A stretch of DNA of 64,000 nt from a bacterium (GCA_043798995.1 JAZDOD010000008.1:25327-89326), one strand, 5' to 3'. Positions 27,755 to 38,687 are shown, numbered from the stretch's first letter. Translations and numbers: made by a program. The notes: a model not told the origin generated them from the letters alone.

Positions 27755-29371
27755 ATGTTTTTTCTTCATAAAAATTATTTTGCGATTGATATTTCAGACG
27801 AAGCGCTGATAGCGGTTAAATTAAAATCCGAAGGCAACACGTTTTCTCTTGAAAACTGGAATAGGGCCGAATTGCCGGACGGTTTGGTTACCGCCGGCAG
27901 AATTTTAAATGCCGAGGCCTTAGCCAAAGAAGTTGAAAAGTTGCTCAATTCAGCCAAGCCCTCGGCTATTAAAGTAAAAGCAGCAATTTGCCATTTGCCC
28001 GACGAGCAGGTTTATTTTCATATTTTAAAATTGCCAAAAACTCTAAACCAATTACAAATTAAAAGGATCATTGATAATGAAATTGACGAGTTTTTCCCTT
28101 TCAGCAAAGAGGAGCTTTATTGGCAGAATCGTTTGCTTGGAGTTTCTGGCGAGGAGCAGGAAATCTTGGTTACGGCGGCGCCAAAGGAAGCGGTTGATAA
28201 TTACCTCAAATTATTTAAATTTTTGAATGTAAAATTACTGGCTTTGGGCATATCTTCGGAAAGTATTGCCCGATCTTTAATAAAAGAGTATAATAATAAT
28301 GAAATATTCTTACTTGTGGATATCGGCCGGAAAAGGAGTTTGTTGGCTTTATTTGATAAAACCGGCATTAGAACTTCTTTAAATATCAATCTTGGCGGTC
28401 GGACTTTAACCGACACTTTGGTTGAGAAACTGAAAGTTAGCCCCCAGCAGGCCGAAAATCTTAAATCAGGTTCCGGCTTTGACGAAACAAAAGAAGAGGG
28501 AAGAATTTTTCTGGTTTTACAGGCAGTTTTACAGGGTTTAATCAATGAAATTAAAAAAACAATTGATTTTTATAAAAGCCAGACCGGTCAGGAGATTAAA
28601 AAAATAGTTATAAGCGGCGAAGGGCTGAAACTGGCCAAACTTGATGAATATTTGTTTAAAAATTTGTCTTTGGAAGTTAAAAAAGGCGAACCATGGTTTG
28701 CCCTGCCAAAAGAAGCTGATTCGGCTTTTTATGCCAAAGCAGTAGGGCTGGCTCTTTTGGGACAAAAAGAAAATTTAGCCAGAAGCATTAATTTTTTAGG
28801 CCGTTCCGGCGAAGAGAAAACAAAAATTTTAGAAAAATCCCAGTCATTTTTGACTAAGTGGCAGATAAAAATACCGAAAAGATTTTTTATTTATTCAACA
28901 ATTATTATTTTTTTAGTTTTTATATTTTTTTGGCTGATATTTTTTAATCAACTCCCAAAAATTGATTTAGGAAAAGAGCAGTTGCTTTCTTTGCCAGCTA
29001 ATCAATTATTAGCCAATGTCAATAAGTTAACGCTAAATGAAGGAGCTGATAATTCAAGCGCCGATATTACCGAAGAAGTTCTAAACGGAAACAATAGCGC
29101 CAGCGCCGGACAGCCAACAGCCACTTCTTCGGCGGAAGTTGAAATAACTCCGTTGACTCAGGAAACAACCAAAGTTAAAATTAACAAAACGCCAACCGGC
29201 TGGCTCAATGTCCGCCAAGGCCCGGCTATAACTTATTCAATAATTAAAAAAATTTATCCGGGAGAAATTTATTATTTGGTCTCCACCACCACTGATTGGA
29301 TCCAGATTGATTTAGGCGAAGAACTTCGTGGCTGGATTAAATCAGATTATGGAGAGATAATTAAAGAGTAA
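27755..29371 (+). CDS. PilM-like actin-fold assembly protein fused to a PilN-like TM segment and a C-terminal SH3 domain
   Basis: N-terminus FAIDISDEALIAVKL and an approximately 350-aa actin-like fold. A single TM helix (FFIYSTIIIFLVFIFFWLIFF) follows. The C-terminus WLNVRQGPAITYSIIKKIYPGEIYYL…WIQIDLGEELRGWIKSDY is a bacterial SH3 signature. Confidence 0.6.
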   Translation: MFFLHKNYFAIDISDEALIAVKLKSEGNTFSLENWNRAELPDGLVTAGRILNAEALAKEVEKLLNSAKPSAIKVKAAICHLPDEQVYFHILKLPKTLNQLQIKRIIDNEIDEFFPFSKEELYWQNRLLGVSGEEQEILVTAAPKEAVDNYLKLFKFLNVKLLALGISSESIARSLIKEYNNNEIFLLVDIGRKRSLLALFDKTGIRTSLNINLGGRTLTDTLVEKLKVSPQQAENLKSGSGFDETKEEGRIFLVLQAVLQGLINEIKKTIDFYKSQTGQEIKKIVISGEGLKLAKLDEYLFKNLSLEVKKGEPWFALPKEADSAFYAKAVGLALLGQKENLARSINFLGRSGEEKTKILEKSQSFLTKWQIKIPKRFFIYSTIIIFLVFIFFWLIFFNQLPKIDLGKEQLLSLPANQLLANVNKLTLNEGADNSSADITEEVLNGNNSASAGQPTATSSAEVEITPLTQETTKVKINKTPTGWLNVRQGPAITYSIIKKIYPGEIYYLVSTTTDWIQIDLGEELRGWIKSDYGEIIKE

Positions 29372-29400
29372 TTTTTCCCGAGAGTTTAAACAAAAAAATT

Positions 29401-29877
29401 ATGGTCGAAAAAAAATCAAAGGGTTTTACCCTGATTGAGCTTTTGATCGTCATTGCGATCATCATCATTCTGGCAGCCATTGTTTTTGTGGCCTTGAATC
29501 CGTTGCAGCGCTTTCAGCAGGCGCGTAATGCCAAAAGATGGGCCGACATCACGGCTGTGCTTAATGCCATCAAAATTGATCAAATAGATAATGGCGGTAG
29601 TTATATGGCCGCTATTGATCCTGGCATGGCTAACGGCACTTATCACGAAATTGGCACTTGCGCCAGTGGCGCGAGTTGTACCGGTCAAGCAGTAGAAGCG
29701 GGTTGCGTTGATTTAGCCGGATTAGTGACTGATGGCTATCTGGGCATTCTCCCAACTGATCCTCAAAGCGGCACAGCGGCTCAAACCGGTTATTATTTAA
29801 TGAAATCAGCTACCGGCATCATTACTGTTGGCGCTTGCGAAGCAGAGGCAGGGGAAACCATCAAGGCCTCACGCTAA
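29401..29877 (+). CDS. pilA: Type IV pilin (candidate major pilin)
   Basis: KGFTLIELLIVIAIIIILAAIVFVALNP is a canonical prepilin motif. The C-terminal Cys pair (GTCASGASCTG…GCVD) forms a disulfide loop. 158 aa. Confidence 0.7.
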   Translation: MVEKKSKGFTLIELLIVIAIIIILAAIVFVALNPLQRFQQARNAKRWADITAVLNAIKIDQIDNGGSYMAAIDPGMANGTYHEIGTCASGASCTGQAVEAGCVDLAGLVTDGYLGILPTDPQSGTAAQTGYYLMKSATGIITVGACEAEAGETIKASR

Positions 29878-29915
29878 AAACAAAACCAAAGTTTTAATTA
29901 GAAAATCTTAATTAG

Positions 29916-29960
29916 TTTGATAAAACTGTCAATTTTCAAATTGGCAGTTTTATCTACTTT
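29916..29960 (+). terminator. Inverted repeat after the pilin gene; terminator or operator
   Basis: gataaaactgtcaat tttcaa attggcagttttatc, a 15-bp stem with one mismatch, then tacttttgtt. Confidence 0.35.
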
Positions 29961-29964
29961 TGTT

Positions 29965-31758
29965 ATGCTTGAAATCACCGACGAAATAAAATCACGGCTT
30001 GATATTGCTGAAGTTATCCGGGAGTATATCAAATTAAATCCGGCCGGGACCAATTTTAAGGCCCTCTGCCCTTTTCATAATGAAACAACCCCATCGTTTA
30101 TGGTTTCGTCGGAAAAACAGATCTGGCATTGCTTTGGCTGCGGCGAGGGCGGGGATATTTTCGGTTTTGTTATGAAGATGGAAAATATTGAATTTATTGA
30201 CGCCCTGCGGCTTTTGGCCAAAAAAGCCGGCGTTAGATTAACCCGCCAGGATCCGAAATTAGCCAGTTTGCGCGGCCGTTTGACCGAAATAATGAACGAA
30301 GCAATTGAATTTTATCAATATAATCTCTGGCAGGCGCCCTTGGGTCAGTTTGCCCGCGATTATTTAAACCAAAGAAAAATTTCAAAAGATTCGGCCCAAG
30401 AGTTCAAATTGGGTTTTGCACCTGCCAGTTGGGATAGTTTAATTAATTTTCTTAAAAAGAGAGGGTTTCAAGATCAGGACATTTTAGCCGCCGGTTTGAT
30501 AATTAAAAAAGATTCAGGCGCTGGTTTTTACGATCGTTTTAGAAATCGTTTAATTTTTCCGATTTTTGATGTTCATAATCAGCCAGTTGGCCTGGGCGGC
30601 CGAACTTTGGCTTTTGGCGGCGATGAGGAAAAGACCGCCAAATACATTAATACGCCCCAGACTTTAATTTACAATAAAAGCCAGGCAATTTACGGCCTTG
30701 ACAAAGCCAAGCTGGAAATCAGAAAAAAAGAATTGATTATTATAGTGGAGGGCTATCTGGATGTTATTTCATCTCATCAGGTCGATATAAAAAATGTGGT
30801 GGCGACTTCCGGCACGGCTCTGACAGCCGAGCATTTAAAAATTTTAAAGCGATATTCGCAAAATTTGGCTTTGGCTTTTGACGCTGATTTGGGCGGCGAT
30901 TCGGCTCGCAGCCGCGGCCTGGATTTGGCTTTGGCGCATGGGCTTAATGTCAAACTAATTTTAATTCCCCAAGGCAAAGATCCGGATGAATGCATTAAGC
31001 TTGATCCGAAACTCTGGCAGCAATCTGTGGCCCAGCCGCTAAATTTTCTTGATTATTATTTTGAAAAAACTTTTGCCAATCTGGATTTAAGCAAAGCCGA
31101 AAATAAAAAGAAAGCCGCCAAAATACTTCTGCCGCTTATTAATAAGATAGCTGATAAAATTGAACAAAACCATTACCTTAAAAAATTGGCTGAAATTCTT
31201 GGCGTGCCGGAGCAGATTTTGCACGAAAGTTTGAGCGCGCCGGCGGCAGAAAGGGGCAGACCTACTTTTCAGCCAGTCAGGGGCGAACGCCATCACCTTT
31301 TAAGTGAACGGATTTTGTCCCTGGCCCTAAAATACGGCCTAAACCTCGATTATTTAATAAATAATTTAACGCCAACAATGTTAGCCGATGATACGGCCAG
31401 AAAAATTTACAACAATCTTATAATTTATTATACTAATAGCAATGTTAAGGATTTTAGCTTTAATTTTGATTATCCGGAATTTAGAAATTTGCTGGCCGAG
31501 GAAGATTCTTCTTTGACCGCTTACGCCGACCAGTTGGTGCTACTGGCCGAGAAGGATTTTTTTGATTTTAGTCAGGATTTAATTCGCAAAGAAATTTTAG
31601 AAGACGTTAAATCTTTAAAGAAAGATTATTTTAAATCAGAACTCAAAAAAATAGAGGAAAAAATAAAACAGGCGGAGAAAATAAAAAATAATAATGAAAT
31701 CGAAAAACTATTTGAGCAATTTAACCAATTAACCAAACAATTAGCTTTGGTTAGTTAA
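29965..31758 (+). CDS. dnaG: DNA primase
   Basis: Zinc-binding domain [14 protein letters not shown]…[17 protein letters not shown] and Toprim EGYLDVIS. The start is taken at the internal ATG ([14 protein letters not shown]). Confidence 0.9.
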   Translation: MLEITDEIKSRLDIAEVIREYIKLNPAGTNFKALCPFHNETTPSFMVSSEKQIWHCFGCGEGGDIFGFVMKMENIEFIDALRLLAKKAGVRLTRQDPKLASLRGRLTEIMNEAIEFYQYNLWQAPLGQFARDYLNQRKISKDSAQEFKLGFAPASWDSLINFLKKRGFQDQDILAAGLIIKKDSGAGFYDRFRNRLIFPIFDVHNQPVGLGGRTLAFGGDEEKTAKYINTPQTLIYNKSQAIYGLDKAKLEIRKKELIIIVEGYLDVISSHQVDIKNVVATSGTALTAEHLKILKRYSQNLALAFDADLGGDSARSRGLDLALAHGLNVKLILIPQGKDPDECIKLDPKLWQQSVAQPLNFLDYYFEKTFANLDLSKAENKKKAAKILLPLINKIADKIEQNHYLKKLAEILGVPEQILHESLSAPAAERGRPTFQPVRGERHHLLSERILSLALKYGLNLDYLINNLTPTMLADDTARKIYNNLIIYYTNSNVKDFSFNFDYPEFRNLLAEEDSSLTAYADQLVLLAEKDFFDFSQDLIRKEILEDVKSLKKDYFKSELKKIEEKIKQAEKIKNNNEIEKLFEQFNQLTKQLALVS

Positions 31759-31766
31759 ATTTTTTT

Positions 31767-33113
31767 ATGGCCAAAAAGTCAAGAACAAAAACCAAAAAGA
31801 AAAACGTAAAATCACGGAAGAAGCCGGTAAAAAAAATCAAAGCTAAAGTCAAAAAGAAAGCTTCGGCAAAATCTGAGTTTAAAAAAGCAAAAAAAAGCGG
31901 GAAACGCAGCGTCAAGAAAATTAAAAAGAAACCCTTTAGGAAAATTAAAAAAGCGGCCAAAAAAATTACCAAGAAAAAGGTTGCCAAAGAAGTTAAAAAA
32001 ATTCTGACTGATGCTGAAATCAGAAATTTAATAAACAAGGGCCGAAGCCGCGGTTTTTTGACATTAACAGAGATTTTATATGTTTTTTCCGAACTGGAAG
32101 AGTATTTGGAACTTTATGAGGATTTTTTGGATCAGCTTGATAAAAGCGGCGTGCAGATATTGGAAACTGAGCCGGGAATTTTGCAGAAAAAAGAAAAAAT
32201 TGACGAGATTTTGTCCGTCGTCACTTTTTCCAAGGAAAAAGAAAAGAAAAAATTTGATTTAGGCGATATTTCAACTGATTCAATCCAAATGTATCTTCGG
32301 GAAATCGGCAAGGTGCCGCTTTTGACTTCCGAGGAGGAAGTCTCTTTAGCTAAGCGCAAGGAAAAAAATGACAAAGAAGCCGAGCGGCGTTTGATTGAAG
32401 CCAATTTGAGATTGGTGGTTTCCATTGCCAAAAGATTTGTGGGCAAAAAACTTTCGCTTTTGGATTTGATTCAGGAGGGCAATATCGGGCTTTTCCGGGC
32501 GGTGCAAAAATTTGAATACCGCAAGGGTTATAAATTTTCAACTTACGCTACCTGGTGGATTCGCCAGGCCATTACCCGGGCTTTGGCCGATCAGTCGCGC
32601 ACTATCCGCATTCCGGTGCATATGGTGGAAATGATTAATAAATTCCAGCAGGTTGAACGCCAATTAATTCAGGACTTGGGCCGCGAACCAATGCCGGAAG
32701 AAATTGCGGCTGAAATGAGTGAAGACATTGATAAAGTCCGCCAGATTATTAAAATTTCCCAGGACACGGTTTCTTTGGAAACCTCGGTGGGCGATGATGA
32801 GGAAGACAGCACTTTGGAAAATTTCATTGAAGACATCAAAAGCATTAGTCCCGACCGGGCCACGGCCTTGCAACTTCTTAGAAACTATGTCCAGGATATT
32901 ATTCAGGGTCTGACACCCCGTGAAAGAAAAATTCTGGAAATGCGTTTTGGTTTAATTGATGGCATTTCCCACACTCTGGAAGAAGTGGGCAAAGAATTCA
33001 ATGTCACTCGCGAACGCATCCGCCAAATAGAAGCCAAGGCCTTGGAAAAAATAGAGGGCCTTAAAGGTATTGAAAAACTGAAGGATTATCGGGGAAAAGA
33101 GGGTAATAACTAA
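31767..33113 (+). CDS. rpoD: RNA polymerase sigma-70 factor with an approximately 80-aa lysine-rich N-terminal extension
   Basis: Region 2 [30 protein letters not shown] and region 4 [15 protein letters not shown]…[20 protein letters not shown]. The N-terminus is [29 protein letters not shown]…. Confidence 0.9.
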   Translation: MAKKSRTKTKKKNVKSRKKPVKKIKAKVKKKASAKSEFKKAKKSGKRSVKKIKKKPFRKIKKAAKKITKKKVAKEVKKILTDAEIRNLINKGRSRGFLTLTEILYVFSELEEYLELYEDFLDQLDKSGVQILETEPGILQKKEKIDEILSVVTFSKEKEKKKFDLGDISTDSIQMYLREIGKVPLLTSEEEVSLAKRKEKNDKEAERRLIEANLRLVVSIAKRFVGKKLSLLDLIQEGNIGLFRAVQKFEYRKGYKFSTYATWWIRQAITRALADQSRTIRIPVHMVEMINKFQQVERQLIQDLGREPMPEEIAAEMSEDIDKVRQIIKISQDTVSLETSVGDDEEDSTLENFIEDIKSISPDRATALQLLRNYVQDIIQGLTPRERKILEMRFGLIDGISHTLEEVGKEFNVTRERIRQIEAKALEKIEGLKGIEKLKDYRGKEGNN

Positions 33114-34130
<1,017 letters not shown>

Positions 34131-34150
34131 AATAAATTTTTAAAAATAAA

Positions 34151-34178
34151 AAAAGGTCACAAAATTTGTGGCCTTTTA
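34151..34178. terminator. Intrinsic terminator after gap
   Basis: ggtcacaaa at ttgtggcc followed by ttttaaaattttt. Confidence 0.5.
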
Positions 34179-34378
34179 AAATTTTTAAAATTTGGCTTAA
34201 TTTAGTAAATGTTATATAATATCAAAAAGAGGGCCCGATTGTCCAGACAAACAAGCTGAAAATTACGGCAACGCTAAGAATCAGCCAGATAATTTTTTGC
34301 CATTTTCGTTTATTTTTCTTAAGCATAGAAGATAGATTTTTTTACATTATAATTTAAAATTTCTAAAAAAGCAAATTT

Positions 34379-34894
34379 ATGGAGAATTTCACCTTCCCAT
34401 TTTTCAGAATATTTTCAATTTTAGTTTTTAGTTTCCTTTTCTATTATTTAATTAAAACTATTAGCCAAACTTTTTTCCAAAAAGTGGTTAAGAATTTAGC
34501 GGTTAAATTGGCAGCCAAAGAAGATGAAAAAAAACGCCTTAAAACAATTCTTCATGTGGTCAACCGCGCCACCATAATTTTGATCGTGATCATTGCTGCC
34601 TTAATGATTATTGCTGAATTAGGAATTAATATCGCTCCACTTTTGGCCGGCGCGGGGATTTTGGGTATTACTATCAGTTTTGGGGCGCAGACCTTAATTA
34701 AAGATATGATTAATGGTTTATTTATAGTTTTGGAGGGACAATTTTCGCGGGGAGATTTGATTAAAATTGGCGATATTGAAGGCCAAGTTGCTGATTTTAA
34801 TTTAAGGCGCACTTTGCTTAGAGATAATCAAAATATTTTATATTATGTTCCTAATAGTGAAATAAAAATTATTGCCAATAAAAGCCGAAAGTAA
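34379..34894 (+). CDS. Small-conductance mechanosensitive channel (MscS family, short form)
   Basis: TM helices, then GAQTLIKDMINGLFIVLEGQFSRGDLIKIGDIEGQV, which resembles the MscS pore and beta domain. Confidence 0.7.
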   Translation: MENFTFPFFRIFSILVFSFLFYYLIKTISQTFFQKVVKNLAVKLAAKEDEKKRLKTILHVVNRATIILIVIIAALMIIAELGINIAPLLAGAGILGITISFGAQTLIKDMINGLFIVLEGQFSRGDLIKIGDIEGQVADFNLRRTLLRDNQNILYYVPNSEIKIIANKSRK

Positions 34895-34896
34895 TT

Positions 34897-36639
34897 ATGC
34901 CCAAAAAGTGGCGGGTTTTACCAAAAATTAGTCAAGAGCAAGAAAAATTATTCCCCGAGTTGAGTTCTATTATTTTACAACTTTTGGCCAATCGGGGGTT
35001 AACTTACCAAGCTGCGATTGAGAGCTTTTTTAATTTTGATTATAAAAAAGGACTTCATGATCCATATTTGTTTTCCGATATGAAAAAAGCGGTGGAAAAG
35101 ATTTTCAGCGCTATTTCGGAAAAGAAAAAAATTGTTGTTTATGGTGATTATGATGCCGATGGCGTCTGCGCCGTAGTCGTTTTAGTTAAAACCCTAAAGG
35201 AACTTGGCGTTGAGGTTGAAATTTACATTCCTCATCGCGACAAAGAAGGCTATGGGCTTAATAAGGCGGCGTTGAAACATTTGGCCAAAGAAAAAACAAA
35301 ACTTATTATTACTGTTGATTGCGGCATCAGCAATTTTGAAGAAGTTCTTTACGCCAATAAATTGGGCCTGGAAATAATTATTACCGATCACCATCATGTG
35401 CCGGAAAAATTGCCGCCGGCTTTTGCCATTATTAATCCTAAAATATTGGGAGGGAAATATCCCTTTTCCGATTTAGCCGGCGTGGGCGTAGCTTTTAAAT
35501 TAGCCCAAGCCCTGATCGGCCAGCATAAAAAGATAATCACCGACGACGGTTTACGACTTAATTGGGAGGGATTTGAAAAGTGGCTTTTGGATTTAGTGGC
35601 TATTGGCACGGTGGCTGATTGCGCTCCGCTTTTGGGCGAAAATCGCACTTTGGTTAAATACGGTCTGACGGTGCTTAACAAGACGAGATTAATCGGCCTT
35701 AAAGAATTAATCAAAGCCGCGCGATTAGGCAGAAATAACAAAATTTTTGGAGCCGAGCAGATCAGTTTTCAGATTGCGCCGCGTCTTAACGCCGCCGGCC
35801 GGATTAATCATGCCAATGACGCCTTTCAGCTGCTCATTACTTCTTCGGCTGACCGGGCTAAAAGATTGGCTGCGGGTTTAGAAAAAAATAACAGCCAAAG
35901 GCAGCGCTTGACTGAAAAAGTTATGACCGAAGCCAGAGAACAGCTGACAGAAAAAAATAAGAATAAGTTAATATTCATTTCTGGGGAGAATTGGCCGGCC
36001 AGCATTATTGGCTTGGTGGCCGGGAAATTTTCCGACGAATTTAATTTACCGGCCGTTATTGTTTCCGAAGTTGAGGGCAAAATAGTCGGCTCGGGTCGCA
36101 GCATTCCGGTTTTTAATATTATTGAGGCCTTGGAAGATTTAGCTCCTTGTTTTTCCCATTTTGGCGGACATGCCCAGGCCTGCGGCTTTGCTTTAAAAAA
36201 TAAAAAAGATAGCCGAGAATTTCAGAGCAAAATAATTAAATTAGCCAATTCATCTTTGGCCGGGCTTGATTTGACGCCGACTCTGGAAATTGACGCTGAA
36301 ATTAATTTAAGCGAGATTACTTGGCCGTTTTATCAGGGAATCAGCCGTTTTGCTCCATTTGGTTTGGGCAATCCGCCGCCAATTTTTTTAACCCGCAATC
36401 TTTCGGTTTTAAGCCATCGGCAGGTTGGTCAGAATGGCAAACATCTGAAATTATTTATTAGTAATCCCGAGGAAACTGAGATTAACCAGATGGATGGCAT
36501 TGGTTTTAATTTGGCCGGCCAGTGGCTGGATAAAATTAAAACAGGCGATAAAATTGATTTGGTTTATCAGCTTGAAGCCAACCAATGGAACGGCGATCAG
36601 CAGCTTCAGCTTAAAGTAATTGATTTAAAAATAGCATGA
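34897..36639 (+). CDS. recJ: Single-stranded-DNA-specific exonuclease RecJ
   Basis: DHH motifs VYGDYDADGVCA and IITDHHH, a DHHA1 GGHAQACGF-like region, 580 aa. Confidence 0.9.
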   Translation: MPKKWRVLPKISQEQEKLFPELSSIILQLLANRGLTYQAAIESFFNFDYKKGLHDPYLFSDMKKAVEKIFSAISEKKKIVVYGDYDADGVCAVVVLVKTLKELGVEVEIYIPHRDKEGYGLNKAALKHLAKEKTKLIITVDCGISNFEEVLYANKLGLEIIITDHHHVPEKLPPAFAIINPKILGGKYPFSDLAGVGVAFKLAQALIGQHKKIITDDGLRLNWEGFEKWLLDLVAIGTVADCAPLLGENRTLVKYGLTVLNKTRLIGLKELIKAARLGRNNKIFGAEQISFQIAPRLNAAGRINHANDAFQLLITSSADRAKRLAAGLEKNNSQRQRLTEKVMTEAREQLTEKNKNKLIFISGENWPASIIGLVAGKFSDEFNLPAVIVSEVEGKIVGSGRSIPVFNIIEALEDLAPCFSHFGGHAQACGFALKNKKDSREFQSKIIKLANSSLAGLDLTPTLEIDAEINLSEITWPFYQGISRFAPFGLGNPPPIFLTRNLSVLSHRQVGQNGKHLKLFISNPEETEINQMDGIGFNLAGQWLDKIKTGDKIDLVYQLEANQWNGDQQLQLKVIDLKIA

Positions 36640-36729
36640 AGTGTTAATTAAAAATTACGAATTAAGGTTAAACTTTTTTATTTGTAATCCCATAATTCAT
36701 AATTCTTGATCCCTAATTCTTAATAATCT

Positions 36730-37164
36730 ATGCAACAAATTGTCATTTACACCGATGGTGGCGCTCGCGGCAATCCCGGCCCGGCCGCTATTGGCGCGGT
36801 AATTCAATACGACCATCAGGAAAAGTATTACAGTCATTTTCTTGGCAAGACCACTAATAATGAAGCCGAATATCAGGGGTTAATCCTTGCTTTAAAAAAA
36901 GCAAAATCTCTTCTTGGCAAAGAAAAAGTCAAAAGAGCTAGTTTAGAATGCTTTTTGGACAGCGAACTGGTAGTCAAACAATTGAATCACGAGTACAAAA
37001 TTGAAGAGGAAAAATTGCAAAAACTTTTTATCCAGATTTGGAATTTGATGCTGGATTTTGGCGCAGTTAAATTTACTCATATAAAAAGAGAGCAGAATAA
37101 AATTGCCGACCGGCTCGTTAACGAGGAATTGGACCGCCAGGAAAGGCAGAGGCAACTAATTTGA
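36730..37164 (+). CDS. rnhA: Ribonuclease HI
   Basis: IYTDGGARGNPGPAAIGAV…NNEAEYQGLILAL gives the RNase H catalytic D and E residues. Confidence 0.8.
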   Translation: MQQIVIYTDGGARGNPGPAAIGAVIQYDHQEKYYSHFLGKTTNNEAEYQGLILALKKAKSLLGKEKVKRASLECFLDSELVVKQLNHEYKIEEEKLQKLFIQIWNLMLDFGAVKFTHIKREQNKIADRLVNEELDRQERQRQLI

Positions 37165-37214
37165 TAAATTTTTATAGGAAAAGCCGTGCCTCTTTATTTA
37201 TTTTATTCATTTTT

Positions 37215-37247
37215 AAGCATCGGATTTTCCGATGCTTATTTTTTTTG
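37215..37247 (+). terminator. Rho-independent terminator of rnhA
   Basis: aagcatcgga tttt ccgatgctt followed by attttttttg. The palindrome gctacggggttgaccccgtagc lies immediately downstream. Confidence 0.5.
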
Positions 37248-37372
37248 CTACGGGGTTGACCCCGTAGCAAATCCCAGCGGAGAATTTTTAAAATTTTGAG
37301 CCAATTTAAGGCGAAGCCGCCTGACGGCTTTATTCTAATTCTTAGCGAATTTTTTTTAGAATTGCTACGGGG

Positions 37373-37401
37373 TTGACAAAATCGGTTATTTATGCTACAA
37401 T
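37373..37401 (+). promoter_or_regulatory. Near-consensus sigma70 promoter: TTGACA, 17 nt, TACAAT
   Basis: TTGACA at 37373-37378, a 17-nt spacer and TACAAT at 37396-37401. Confidence 0.55.
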
Positions 37402-37407
37402 AAAATG

Positions 37408-37626
37408 TTTGAAATAAAGCCCTCTTTAGTCCCAGTCAGAGGTGCCTTAAAAACCTTAAGCATCTTAAATAGAGGCGAACAATTTGTTCTTTACAAAATA
37501 TAAGTCTCTATAAGTTTGGCTGGGAATAAAGAGGGCTGTTCGTTCTTTTATAAACTTTGACCCAATAGGGTCAAAAAACATTCAAACTGCTAAGACAATT
37601 GTCTTAGCAAAAAGGAGGTTTTTGAA
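37408..37626 (+). promoter_or_regulatory. Structured 5' leader or independent small RNA of about 140 nt (37408-37550), unassigned to any known class
   Basis: A 19-bp closing helix pairs aagccctctttagtcccag (37417-37435) with ctgggaataaagagggct (37520-37537) and is followed by guucguucuuuua. Internal hairpins are cttaa…ttaag and atagag[gaacaa ttt gttc]…ctctat. Further hairpins ttgaccc aata gggtcaa and gctaagacaattgtcttagc lie just before the RBS. Confidence 0.4.
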
Positions 37627-38184
37627 ATGAATGAGATGATGGGTGAAAAAGAAGTGGTTGAGAAAGACCACAGTCAAGAATTTTTCTGTATGTTTTGTCC
37701 CGAGAAGCCAGGGGTGGCTTGGAGATCACTGGCCTTGACTCGCGGACCAAAGGGTGAGTATATTATAACCCCGATTTGCAATGATTGCCTTGGAGGAGCG
37801 ATCGAGGTTGCTAAAAGGGAGAGGCGATTTCTCCCGCATTACCCCGTTCAGGAGTCGGTTCAAAGGGTAGCCGAACTTAACACTCGGTTAGGCGAGCCAA
37901 TGGTTTGCGAAATTTGTTTTCAGGAGCGCTTCATAGAGTTTTCCACGGGCGTTGTGCAGGATGGCAATGGTCATTACCGCGCCCAGAGAACTTGCTGTTT
38001 TTGTAAGGCAACCCTTGAAGAGAAGAATGAAAGGATTCACTGGTTCAAAAAGACACAGGAGATCGCGGAGGAAAAAAATCGTCGCATAGCCCAAGCAACT
38101 CAGGTAGTGGCCAACTATAGCCAGCCATTCAACAGGCCGCGCGTTAGCCGCGATAACGGCAAAAAAGACCAGTACAGGAAGTAA
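37627..38184 (+). CDS. Cys-rich putative zinc-ribbon protein (function unknown), GC-rich relative to neighbours
   Basis: Strong RBS aaaaggaggtttttgaa ATG. Cys pairs CMFCPE, CNDC, CEIC and CCFC. By eye the gene is about 50% GC against about 35% for the flanks, with different codon usage (AGG, CTC, GCC frequent). Confidence 0.55.
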   Translation: MNEMMGEKEVVEKDHSQEFFCMFCPEKPGVAWRSLALTRGPKGEYIITPICNDCLGGAIEVAKRERRFLPHYPVQESVQRVAELNTRLGEPMVCEICFQERFIEFSTGVVQDGNGHYRAQRTCCFCKATLEEKNERIHWFKKTQEIAEEKNRRIAQATQVVANYSQPFNRPRVSRDNGKKDQYRK

Positions 38185-38189
38185 CATTT

Positions 38190-38228
38190 CGGCGAGGTCG
38201 CCTTTTTGGTGACCTCGCCTCTTTTTAT
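38190..38228 (+). terminator. Rho-independent terminator
   Basis: ggcgaggtcgcc ttttt ggtgacctcgcc followed by tcttttta. Confidence 0.5.
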
Positions 38229-38231
38229 ATC

Positions 38232-38260
38232 TTGACAAAATTTAAAATAAGTAATATAAT
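38232..38260 (+). promoter_or_regulatory. Consensus sigma70 promoter of rnpB: TTGACA, 17 nt, TATAAT
   Basis: TTGACA at 38232-38237, a 17-nt spacer and TATAAT at 38255-38260. Confidence 0.6.
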
Positions 38261-38266
38261 ATTTTC

Positions 38267-38687
38267 ACTCAGGTAAGTGGATGATCGCTCTCGTTTTTAA
38301 AAAGCGAGAGAGGAAAGTCCGAACACTCTCCGCTTTAGCGGAGAAGTAGGCAGTGGATAACGCCCACCGGAAGCAAGTTTAAGTTAAGAATGACTCTTAA
38401 GAGTTTTTGACTTAATCCCAAGTCCAGGGAAAGTACCACAGAAACTAAACCGCCCGCCTAAATTTTTTAAAATTTAGGCGGGTAAGGGTGAAAAGTGAAG
38501 GAGTAAAACCCTTCTCTCAGCGTGGTGACGCGCTTGAGTGGCAAACCCTGCCTGGTGCAAGAGCAAGTTTTCCCGCCGATGAGGCGGGGAAGGTAGCTCG
38601 CTTGAGTCCGACGGCAACGTCGGACCTAGATAGATGATCATCCCGCCGATGAGGCGGAACAGAATTCGGCTTATAGCTTGCCTGAGT
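38267..38687 (+). ncRNA. rnpB: RNase P RNA, bacterial type A
   Basis: P1 pairs actcaggtaag with cttgcctgagt. P4 5' strand GAGGAAAGUCCG. Also …UAACGCC…, ACAGAAAC…AACCGCC, GGUAAGGGUGAAAAGUG…GUAAAACCC, CUAGAUAGAUGAUCAUCC, and P4 3' strand ACAGAAUUCGGCUUAUAG. All match the type A consensus. Confidence 0.8.

Noticed and set aside
34226-34330. 34-aa minus-strand ORF (MLKKNKRKWQKIIWLILSVAVIFSLFVWTIGPSF) between gap and mscS
   Set aside because: It has a single TM helix and could be a real microprotein, but it lacks an RBS and I cannot assess conservation. Not listed as a feature.
37408-37550. 6S RNA (ssrS) interpretation of the structured RNA upstream of the Cys-rich gene
   Set aside because: 6S RNA is one long, nearly continuous helix with a central bubble. 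This RNA is a closing stem enclosing a multi-hairpin junction, so it does not fit.
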